Positions 1 through 10,700 of a stretch of DNA of 64,000 nucleotides are shown piece after piece. This stretch comes from Cenarchaeum sp. Lineage in GTDB: Archaea; Thermoproteota; Nitrososphaeria; Nitrososphaerales; Nitrosopumilaceae. A model generated the notes under the pieces. The model ran no database searches, was not told where the DNA came from, and saw only the letters and a program-made list of their open reading frames with translations. Each line of letters begins with the position of its first letter. The first letter of the stretch is position 1. The translations under genes and the position numbers were made by a program. The DNA lies in the NCBI GenBank assembly GCA_965242695.1, contig CBDESU010000001.1, positions 928,001 through 992,000 of the forward strand, given 5' to 3'.

Positions 1-533
1 ACGTGCCGCGCAGCGGCGCCGGAGGCGGGTTCGAGGTGGCCACGTTCGAGGCCACGCTCGGGCCGTCCGGCAGGAGCGGCGCGGACGGCGAAGGCGAGGG
101 TGCGGCGCCGGCGCCTGCCGCTGCCGCCACCGGGGACAAGGGCGCAGATGCGGGCGGCAGATGCCCCGACGGCCTTGCCGTCGCCGTCACCATAACCGAG
201 AGGGTGCAGTTCGGCGGCGCCCTGATCGTGCAGGGCAGGGTATACGACGCGGCCCTCAACGACAGGCCTGTCGTCGTCCCGCGCGGCCCGGGGGCCGTCC
301 CGGACGTGCCCGTCCAGGTGACTATAACGGACAAGAGGACGGGCAAGGCGATCCTCGTCCAGGACGGCGAGGCCGACGAGTCGGGCCTGTTTCGCGCCGA
401 GTACCGGTGGAGAAGCTCGGATCCCGCCGCCACGCTCGGCATTGTAATCAGCGTCGACGGCGGGCGCGCGATCGAGGAGCGGACGGCGTTCTACCTCGGG
501 GATGCCGGCAACCGGGGCTCGCGGTCGGACTAG
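1..533 (+). CDS. Hypothetical protein, probably 5'-truncated by the window edge
   Basis: The frame is open from the window start to TAG at 531-533. The C-terminal part is globular and beta-rich (ALIVQGRVYDAALN...GLFRAEYRW). No family recognised. Confidence 0.55.
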   Translation, partial: VPRSGAGGGFEVATFEATLGPSGRSGADGEGEGAAPAPAAAATGDKGADAGGRCPDGLAVAVTITERVQFGGALIVQGRVYDAALNDRPVVVPRGPGAVPDVPVQVTITDKRTGKAILVQDGEADESGLFRAEYRWRSSDPAATLGIVISVDGGRAIEERTAFYLGDAGNRGSRSD

Positions 534-614
534 CGGGCGGCATCCCGGCGCGGCATCCCAAAAGGATGCGCTGGCGCCGCCACAGTTTTACGCCGCGCCG
601 CGGGCGCGGCGCGC

Positions 615-1094
615 ATGCCATCGGCCGAGTTCGAGGTTGCCATACGGGCCGGCAAGCAACATGCCTTTGACGTCGCGGCGGACCACGCGGGCCTGGCCGC
701 ATCCCTGCCCGAGTACTTTGCGACTGTCCGCACGCGGTCGCGGCGGGGCGACGTGTCGGTGCTCGAGGAGCGCCTGCGGCTCGGCGGTATAGAGCTGCTC
801 ATGATGGTGCGCCACACGTCCGAGCCGCCGGCCGTGCACGAGATGTCGGTGCTCGGCGGCGACGCAAAGGGGAGCCGCATCGTCGAGAGGTACGAGGACG
901 CCGGCGAGTGCAGGACGCTGCTGCGCATCAGCGCCGACATACGGCTCGGCAGGCTCGGCGGCGCGGCCGCGGCCGTCGGGCTTGGCCGCGCGCGGCAGGT
1001 GATGGCCGGCCTGGGCAGCATGTACGATGCGGTGGCGGAGGTCGCCTCAAGGGGCGGGGAGCGCGGCGATGCACCCGCGGCCGGCGGCGGCTAG
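615..1094 (+). CDS. SRPBCC / polyketide cyclase-dehydrase family protein
   Basis: 159 aa. The pattern AFDVAADHAGLAASLPEYF...VLEERLRLGG...HEMSVLGGDAKGSRIVERY matches thaumarchaeal SRPBCC-fold proteins. A T-rich TATA-like element lies at ~586-590. Confidence 0.7.
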   Translation: MPSAEFEVAIRAGKQHAFDVAADHAGLAASLPEYFATVRTRSRRGDVSVLEERLRLGGIELLMMVRHTSEPPAVHEMSVLGGDAKGSRIVERYEDAGECRTLLRISADIRLGRLGGAAAAVGLGRARQVMAGLGSMYDAVAEVASRGGERGDAPAAGGG

Positions 1095-1102
1095 CGGGGC
1101 GC

Positions 1103-1324
1103 CTACTTGCCCGGCTCGCCGGCGTCGCCGCCCGAGCCCTTGCCCTTTGTGTAGTCGCTCAGCTCCTTGTCGGCCTCGATCTTGCCCTTTTCGTACTCGC
1201 CCTTTGCCTTGCCGAACGTCTTTGCGAGCTCTGGTATCTTCTTGGCCCCGAACAGCAGTATGACGGCGACAATGATGACGAATATCCACTCCTGCCCCGC
1301 GATGAACGCGCCGAGACCTAGCAC
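1103..1324 (-). CDS. tatA: Twin-arginine translocase subunit TatA/TatE
   Basis: The signature GQEWIFVIIVAVILLFGAKKIPELAKTFGKAKGEYEKG is present. Start re-called at GTG 1324 (73 aa), with a minus-strand TATA-like CTTAATA ~25 bp upstream. Confidence 0.93.
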   Translation of the reverse strand: MLGLGAFIAGQEWIFVIIVAVILLFGAKKIPELAKTFGKAKGEYEKGKIEADKELSDYTKGKGSGGDAGEPGK

Positions 1325-1544
1325 GATGCGGGCAAGCCGGGTTGTGATATTAAGTGTTGGGCGGGGCGTACCGTACTGGACAGCGCGCCGCTGGCGCCTG
1401 CGGCAATAGGCGCCCGCAGGCGTCAGAGCGAGCCTTGCACGGTGCGATGGCAGAGGGTGATCGGCCGAGGCGGCGGGCGCGGTGTACTTAATAGGCGGCC
1501 CTTTGGCGGCAACCCGTATGTTGGCACCGTCGGCATATCCTTGC

Positions 1545-1555
1545 GGGGGGGGGGG
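1545..1555 (+). repeat. G11 homopolymer tract between a TATA-proximal ATG (1518) and the giant-protein ORF
   Basis: 11 consecutive G are read directly from the sequence. Confidence 0.9.
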
Positions 1556-1728
1556 TAGCGAACTCCACCGCCGCGTCCGGCAATGTACCCCGCCTGCCGG
1601 CATCTGAGGGCATCCGCGATCGCGCGCATCGGCATGCCGGCGCGTCGGGCGCAGGGGCGGGGCGGCGCGAGCAGCATCCCCGTCTAGGGCGCCGCTGCAG
1701 GCTTGCCGGCGCCCTAGCACTGCATGCC

Positions 1729-4700
1729 TTGGCCGCTGTCCTAGTTGCCGCCTCTGCATCCTCCCCGCTCCTGTTCGATGCCGCCGATGCCCAGTCTTCC
1801 ACCATCGTCGCCCCGCCTGCCATCCTGACGCCTCCCTCTACCGTCGCCGTCGCGTCGCAGGCCGTCGACGGCACGGCCCCTCCAGGATCGTCCGTGTCGG
1901 TGCACCGCGGCGACTCTGCGATCGCCACCGTGCAGGCCGACGGTGTCAGCGGCTATTGGGTAGCGACGGTGGCCCTGGTCGAGGGTTCCAACCTGCTTAC
2001 CGCCGTTGCCGAGCTGTCCGGCACGTCGTCGGATCCGTCGGCGCCGGTGACCATCGTACTCGACACGACGCCGCCGGACGTCCCGGCCATCGGCAACGCG
2101 GGAGGCGAGACTGCGCCGTCCCGCATGCACGTCATACGCGGCACGGCAGAGCCAAGCGTGCTTGTCGAGGTGTTCGTCAACGGCACCTGGGCGCAGAGTG
2201 CGGTGTCCCGCTACGACACGGGCCAGTGGTTCATCAAAGTACTGCTTGCGGAGGGGACCAACACCGTCACGGCCAGGACGGTCGACGGCTTGGGCAACCC
2301 CTCTGCAATGTCGCCCGTGCTGTCCATAACTGCGCCGCAGGGCCAGCCGCCGGCCGAGTCGATTGAGGATCCGCCAAAGTCGACGAGCGTAATCCGCGAC
2401 AACACGGGCACCGTCGCGCTGACCAGCCCGTTCGCCGTGGCGGCGTTTGAGCACGGCGGCAGGGCGTACGCCGCCGCCGCCGCGGGAGGCGCCGCCGCCG
2501 TCCAGGTGATCGACTTTACGGACCCGAGCAGCCCAGAGGCGGCCGAACCGATCAAGGATGCAGACAGGAACCTGGGCCAGCCGCGCGACATCGAGATATT
2601 CACGGCGGCGAGCGGCGACCGCATTGCGGCGGTCGCATCGCACCGCCCGGGGGCGGTCGAGCTGATCGACATGAGCGACCCACTCATGCCCGAGTTCCTG
2701 GGCGCCGGGGCAGCCTACGGCGACAAAGACGAAGACGGCGCCGTCGAGTATCCCGGGCTGCTCGGCGCGCGCGACGCATCGGTCTTCTCCCTGACCAACG
2801 CGAGCAGCGGCGAGGTGCGCACCTACCTGATCGTGGCGTCCGACTACGGACGAACCGACCTGGATCCCGGAGGCTTTCAGATACTCGACATAACCACGCC
2901 GGCAGCGCCCGTGCCCGTCTCGTCAAAGAGCATGGCGACCAGGAACGAGAACGGCGACCACACTCTGGTGAGGCCCCTCTACGCCATACCGTGGATCGAC
3001 CCGGCCGGCTCGTACGCGCTGAACACGCACATGCCAAAGACCATTGCCACATACGACGCCGGCGGCGATCCGGTCGCGGCCGTCGAGGGCGTGGGCGGGC
3101 TACCGGGGTACGGCGGGCAGTCCTTTGACCTGCCGACGGAGGTCCTGCAGGACCAGGGCGGGGCGTGGGCGCTGAAAACCAACACGATAGTGCAGGTGAT
3201 GAACAGCACCAACCGCACGGTCAGCATGGCCAACAGCAGCGGCGCGGGGCCCGTGACGATCCACGACGCCGCCGACTGCCCGCCGCCCCCCGACCCGTCG
3301 CTGCCTGTGGCCGTGGTGTGCGGCGGCCAGAACGCGCTCGTCCTGGTCCACAACGCCGACACGCCGGGCGACAAGTCAGACGACTACGTGGCCGAGGTAT
3401 ATGCCGACGCCTTTTACGGGACCTACTCGTACCCCGTCGCAAAGCGCGTCGACGGCAGGCTACTCGCAGTCGGCCCGGACCTCGTGCCGTTCCCGCTGTC
3501 CGGCGTCGATGCCGCCAACGCCACGTTCAACGTCTTGGGCGGGGCCGGCTCGGTCGACACGTTCGCCGTCGGGGGCGGGGCGTATGCCATAGTCGCCGCA
3601 TCAGAGTCGGGCGGCGTGCAGATTGTCAACGTGACCGACCCGTACTCGCCCATGGTCGCAGCTGGCGTCCTTGACGGCGAGACGGATGCAAACTCTCGGG
3701 AATTTCGACTCGAGGGGGCCGCCGGCGTGCGGACATGGAACGCAAGCGGCCGCGTGTACGCGGCCGTGTCGTACGGCTCGCCGAACGGGCCGGCCGACGG
3801 CGTGCAGATCATCGACGTGACAGACCCCTCCGGCCCGACCGCCGTGTCGCGGGCGGTCGACGTTGCGGGCACGTCCCGCGACGAACTTTCTACGCTCGGC
3901 GGGGCCGCCGGCATCGAGGTGTTCGAGCGGGGCGGCCGGACGTACCTGCTCGTGGCGGCATCAGAGGACGACGGATTCCAGATCATCGACGTGACAGACC
4001 CCGCCAGCCCGGCCGAGGCCGACCGCGGCCGCGACGGCAGCCGGTGCTCGACCGCGGCGCGGTACAGCGCGCTCGGCGGGGCGGTAGCATCCGACACGCT
4101 GGCGATCGGCGGAGGACTGTACGCCGTAGTGGCGGCAGAGTCCGACGACGGCGTGCAGGTCGTCGACATTGCGGATCCCGACGGCATGGTCGCGCTCGGC
4201 ACCGCGTTCGACGAACGGGGAGGGTTTTCCGAGATGCACGACCCGATATCGGCCGAGGCAGTCGAGATCGACGGCCGGACGTACGTCCTCGTCGCATCCT
4301 TCCAGGACGACGAGGGGGGCTACGGGCACGGCGGCGGCGTGCAGATCATCGACGTGACCGATCCGTCCGACCCGAGGGCCGCGGCGGCCCTGCAGCCGTT
4401 CCGCCCATCGCAGTTCAAGCTGCTAGAGGGCGTGCGCTACATCGACACGTTTGTGGTCGGCGGCAGCACGTACGCCATTATCACGGCCGAGTCGCCGAAG
4501 GACCATACGCTGAGCCCGCCCGCCGACCAGGGGGCGTTCACAATCGCGGACATCTCGAACCCCACAAGGCCGCGGTTCATCGCAGGGGTGATCGACGGGC
4601 AGTCCGATGTGAACGGCGGCACGTTCGACATGCTCAACGCGCCGGCCGGCGTCGAGACGGCCGTGATAGACGGCCGCACGTACGCCGTCATTGCGGCCCG

Positions 4701-7700
4701 CGGGCCGCACGGCCAGGAGCACGGCGTGCAGATCGTAGACGTCTCGACGCCGGCCTCGCCCCTTGCGGTGGCCTCGATAAGGGACGGGGGGCCGGACGGG
4801 CACGGCGGGACATACAGCGCGCTGCGGAGGGCGCACGGGGTCGACATTGCGCAGATCGGCGAGGGATGGTACGCGCTAGTCGCATCGATAGCGGACGACG
4901 GCGTGCAGCTGATCAACATTACGGACCCGAGCTCGCCGAGGGTCGCCTCGAACATCACCGATGCGGTCGCGAGCACCAACCTCGACGGCGCGCGGAACCT
5001 GAGGGCGTTTGAAAAGGGCGGCAACTCGTACGCCATCGTGGTGTCCACGTTCGACGACGCGCTGCAGGTGCTCAACATTACGGATCCTGCGAGCCCCGTT
5101 CCGATCGACACCGTGACGGATCACTCGGGCGCGATAACAAGCGACCGGCACTTTACCGAGCTTGTCGCCCCGTACGACATCGACCTGTTCGAGCTTGGAG
5201 GCGACACGTACGCGGCCTCTACGTGCCAAAAGGACGGAGCCTGCCACGGCATGCAGATTACAAACATGAGCAACCCCGCCCAGATCACGGCCCCCACGGA
5301 GATATGGGACGAGGGCGGCGCCTCTGCCATCAATGGCGCCCGCGGCGTGGCAACGTTCGAGATCGACGGCTCGGTGCACGCCCTAGTCACGGGATACGGC
5401 GAGGATGCGGCAGAGGTGTTCCGGCTGACGAACTTTACGGACCCCGCCGCCCCGAGCGTCGTGAGGGCCGAGCTCGACAGGGGGCGCGGCATGCTGCACA
5501 TCGAGTTCAGCGAGAGGGTGAAGACGGGCAGCATGGAGTACAACCTGGGATCGATCACCGTCCGCGACGGATCCACGTCGGCGAGCGTCGGGCTGTCCGG
5601 CGCGCGGCTGGCCGGGCAGCTGGGCGGGCAGCTGGGCATCAAGACCGTCGAGATCGCGATGAACGGGACGCAGGCGGCGGATGTGCGGGGGTTCGAGTCG
5701 CCCCTGATCGACCTTGCGGCTGGCGCCTTTGCAGACCTTTCGGGCACCGACTCGGCTGCCGCCTCTGGCATCATTCCCGAGATCGTGACGAGCCGCCCCG
5801 AGCTCCTCGAGGCGGGCCTGAACCTTGGCACCGGCGAGCTGGTCCTGGCGTTCACCGAGGCCGTAGACTACGCCACGGCGAACCTCTCGCGCATCTCCGT
5901 CTATTCGGCCGGCGACGAACAGGTGCGGCACGGCCCCGTCGGGGTCGTCCCGGGCGACTCGGACTCGGCCGATCTCACGGTGCGGCTCGGCGAGGGCGCG
6001 CGCCAGGCCGTAATGGCCATTGCCGGCGTGCCGCTCGTCGACGTGCTCGACGGGGCCGTGAACAGCTCGGCATCGAACCTCCCGTCCGTGGGGTACCGCG
6101 GCTCGCCACTCGATCCCGTAATACGGGACAGGGTAGACCCCGTGCTGCTCTCGGCCCTGCTATCGGGCAGCGACCTGAGGCTGGTGTTCAACGAGAACGT
6201 AATTGCGACGCCCGACGCCGTCGACTTGGCCCTGATCTACGTGCGCGACCGCGCAGGGGAATCCGAGGTGTCGCTCAACGGATCGACGCTGCTGACGAAC
6301 GTGAACGGCACGGAGCTGCTGGTGCGCCTGACGGCGGCGCAGTCGGCCTCCGTGGCCTCGTACGGAGATCCCGTGGTCGACCTGCGGCTCGGCGGCCCCT
6401 ACAGCGCGGTGCAAGACGTGTCGGGCCAGGGCAGCGGGCCGGCCACCGTCCTGCTGGCCTCCTCTGACGGCTCGTTCCGGCCGACGTTCGAGGCGCGCGC
6501 CGTCTCGCCGAGCCAGATACGCGTCGAGTTCAGCACGGACGTCGCCGCCGATGCGAGCGACACGAGGGCGTGGCTGCTCGGCGGGCGCGACGCCGGCGTG
6601 CTGTCCGTTGCGAGCTATCCTGTGCCGTCGGGGCGATCCGCCCTCTTGACGCTGTCGGGCGCCCTGCCGAGCACCGCGCCGGTCCTCACGCTAGAGTACG
6701 TGCCGGGGCACGCCACCATTTCCGGCGCCGACAGCGGCCGCGAGCTGGCCGGCGCCGCCGTAGACGTCGCCGACGGCATACCGCCCGTGTTGCAGTCGGC
6801 CCGCATCGTCTCGGCCGACGCGATCGACGTAGAGTACAGCGAGCCGGTCGCGGGGGATCGCAATGCCTATTCGGCCCCGATGCTCGAGTCCGCCGGGGAC
6901 AGGACCGTCGCCGGGCTGGCCGACGGCGGCACGGCCGTTCACAGGATCACGCTCGGCGGCGACCCGGCGGCCACGGGCGACACGGGGACGATCGGGGTGG
7001 ACGAGACGGCGCTGGCCGACCTGGACGGCAACGCGCTCGGGACCAACTCGTCAAAGAGGGTGGAACTGGACGACGGCCAGGCGCCGGCGGTCGCATCGGC
7101 GCGCATCACGGGCAGCAACACCATCACCGTAGAGTACAGCGAGCCGGTCGTCCCAGCCACTTCAGCGTACATCGGACTCGAGCTTTCGCCCGGCGGCGTC
7201 CGCACGCCGACGGGCCCGCCGCCTGGGCACGCCGAGATGCTGCACGCAGTCACGTTCGATCCTGGCGCGGCGCCAAACGCCACGGGCACGCTGACGATAA
7301 ATCGGACCGTCCTGTTCGACGGGGCGGGCAACCGGATGGAGGGGGCGATGCCGCTCGTACAGGGCGTCTGGGACGGCCAGAGTCCGACGCTCGAGCGCTC
7401 TGCCTTTACGGGCCACAACAGCCTCACCCTCGGGTACAGCGAGCCCGTGGCGGCGCCGCTTGCCGCATACACGATGCTAATGATCGACGGCGATCCGGAC
7501 GGCAGGGAGATCGTGGACTTTGAGGGGAACTCGACGGATCGCCACGTGCTGGAATTCAACGGGGCGGCCGTTGCCCGGGGCGCGACCGGCAGCATGTCGA
7601 TAGACGCGGCCGCCGTGCTGGACCTGGCCGCGCCCGCCAAGAACGCGCTCGCCGGCATCGGCTCGGAGCCCGTGGGGATCGTCGACGACAGGGTGCTGTC

Positions 7701-10700
7701 CGTCGTATCGGCAAAGGTCACGGGGCCCGGCAACGCGACCATACAGTACAACAGGGAAGTCGCGGCGCAGGCCGGGGACTATACGTCGCTCATGATCGAC
7801 GGCTCGCCGCGGGAAGTGCTGCGGCTAGACGGCGGCGGCTCGTCGGATGCGCACGTGGTATGGTTCAGCCCAGGCGATGCGCCGCCAAACGCCACGGGCT
7901 CGGTCAGAATCGACGCGGCCAGCGTCCGCGACGGGGACGGCAACCAGCTCGGCACCAACCCGCAGGTTCTGAACCTGACGGACGGCCAGGCTCCGGCCGT
8001 ATCAGGCGCCACGGCGGTGTCGCTGAGGACAGTTCTCGTGGAATTTAGCGAGCCCGTCAGCGCGCGGGGAACGGACGGCCACGGCGGCTGGCGCGTATCG
8101 GGAGGCGACTCTGCATCGCGCTCGGTGCTGTCGCGGTCGGGAACATCGCAGGCCTCTACAGAGATGACGCTCACGCTCGACGGGGACCTTGCCAGTACGG
8201 ACCCCGACGTCGCGCTGTCGTACACGGCAGGAGCCGTCGACTCCGTACCGGTCATTGATGCGGGCGGCAACGCGCTCGATACGGCCGCGTCCGTCAGCAT
8301 CGCCGACGGCATAGACCCCGTGCTGATCTCGGCCGTCGTCACTGCCGGCAACACCCTGACCGTGAGATACAGCGAGCCCGTAGAGGCGCCCCTGTCGGCG
8401 TACGCGGGACTGACCCTGCCGCCGGCCGACGACCGCCCATTCACGGCGCTCGAGGGAAACGGCACGGCCATACACAACGTCACGTTCGGCGGGGCCGCGG
8501 CCGCGATCGGCTCGCTCGGCAACGCCACGGTAGACGCCGCCGCCGTGCACGACCTGGCCGCAGCCCCAAACCCACTGGGGGACGAGGCCCTTGTGGTGGA
8601 GCTCACGGATGCTGGCATGCCGTCGATCGCCTCGGCCCGCATCGTGCGGCCCGGCGCGGCCGTCGTAGAGTACGACAAGCCCTCCATGGCGCCGCTGTCG
8701 GCGTACCTGTCGATTACGGTGGACGGCCTGTCAAAGAGGATAACCGACCTGTCGGGCAGCCCCGGGCGCATGCACACGATAGGCTTTGCGCCGGCCGATG
8801 CGCGGCCGAACGCGACCGGGACAATCGTGGTCAACGCGTCGGCCGTATCGAGCCTGGCCGGCATCGCGCTCGGCAACGCGTCGGTCGAGCGGGATCTTGC
8901 AGACGGCCAGGCGCCGGGCTTTGGCGCCGAGGCCGTCTCCCTGAATATGATACGCGCCGTGTTCGACGAGCCCGTGCATGCGGCGGAAACGGCCGGCGCC
9001 GGCGGCTGGTCCGTGTCGGGCGCCGATGCGGCCGGCATTGCAGTGTCGTTGCGGTCAGGAGCGCCGCCGGGATCGGGCGTTATGATGCTCGCGCTCGACG
9101 GAAACCTGTCAGATACGGCGCCGGACGGCGTCGTGCTGCTGTACGATCCGGCCTCTGGGTCGGTTCAGGATGCGGCCGGCAACAGGCTGCGGCAGGGCTC
9201 GGCCGCGGTGGCGGACCGCATCGCGCCGGCGATCGCATCGGCGTTCCTCTCGGGCGGCAACAACGCGACCGTCCGGTACACGGAGCCGGTGAACGCCTCG
9301 GCCGACCCGCCGGCATACTCGGGCCTTGCTCTCTCGCCCGGCGGCCCACGCGAGATCGCGAGGTTTACGGCCGGCCTGGACGCGGATCACACGGTCGAGT
9401 TTGGCGGCGCGCCTGCCGCCGCGGGGGCAACCGGGACGCTTGCCGTCAACGGCTCGCTGGTCCTGGACGGGGCCGGCAACCGCTTGGCCGGCGGCGCGGC
9501 GCTTGCGCAGGCTCTCGACTCTGGCCCGCCCGCGGCGCGGCCCCCGCCAGCGGGATCATCGCCGGATCGTGTTCGCGCCGCGTCGAGCGCGGTCTTTGCC
9601 ACCCCGAACACGGTGGTGATCATGTACTCGCACGCCCTGGCGCCGCCGCCGGCGCACGCGGGGCCCGTGTACGGTAGCGTTGTCGTCGATCTTGCAGGCG
9701 GACCGTCCTCGAGGGCCGTGGTCTCCGAGGACGGCATCGGGACGGCGGAGCATACGGTGCGGTTCGGCGGCGATCCCGTCGGCGCCGGGCGGGGCGGCAC
9801 GATCGAGCTGCTTGTCGACCTAGAGTCCACCGCAGAGGGGGAGAACGGCACGCGGGCCTGGCACGAGGCCGGCCGCATACGCGTCGATCCTGCGGGCCCC
9901 GATGCCGGCACGGTCGTCGTCTCCCCGTCGCAACCGGTCAGGATCGTCGAGATCGTCCGCGACAGCTTCGAGAGGACGGTCAACGCGACGGCGGCCGGGG
10001 CGGCGGCGCGCCCTGCAATCAACGTGACGGGGCTGCTGGTGCAGTCGCCCTCGGCCCCGGCCGGCGCGGCGGTGTTTCCTGCCGACCGCAGCGTCGTGGT
10101 GGCCGCCTCGTTCGCCGAGGTGTCGTTCCCGCCGAACGTGACGGCGACGCTCCTGCCCGCCGACGGGCTGCTGGAGCTGTACGTCGCCCCCGACCGGCCG
10201 AACGCATCGAGCGTGTCCGCCGCCCTCGGCTACGACGAGGACTCGATCACGGTAAACAGGGCCGTAGAGGTCGGCGACGATGCGGTGCACATCTACTTTG
10301 ACCTTCCCGTGCGCATACTGCTGGCGGGGCAGGCCGGCGGTAGCGCGTTCTACGTGAACAATACGAGCGGCGCCGTCGTGCCGATCTCCGCCGCGTGCAG
10401 GGCCGACGGCACGGCCGCCGTGCACGGGCAGCTGGGCGGATCGGGAGAGTGCCAGATCGACTCGGGCGAGGACAAGGCCATCCACACGTACCACCTGACC
10501 GTGTTTGGCACGGCATCCATCGGGGACTCGGGCGAGCATACGATGGTCGTCACCCTTGTCCCCGCTCAGCCCGGCGGGGGCAACGGCGGCGGCGGGCCAC
10601 CTGTAGTGGTCGTTCCGCCGGGCGGACAGCGGCCGCAGGAGCAGCCGCAGACCGGGACGCCGTTCTTTGGAGGCGGGGGAGGCGGCGGGCGCGGCGGAGG

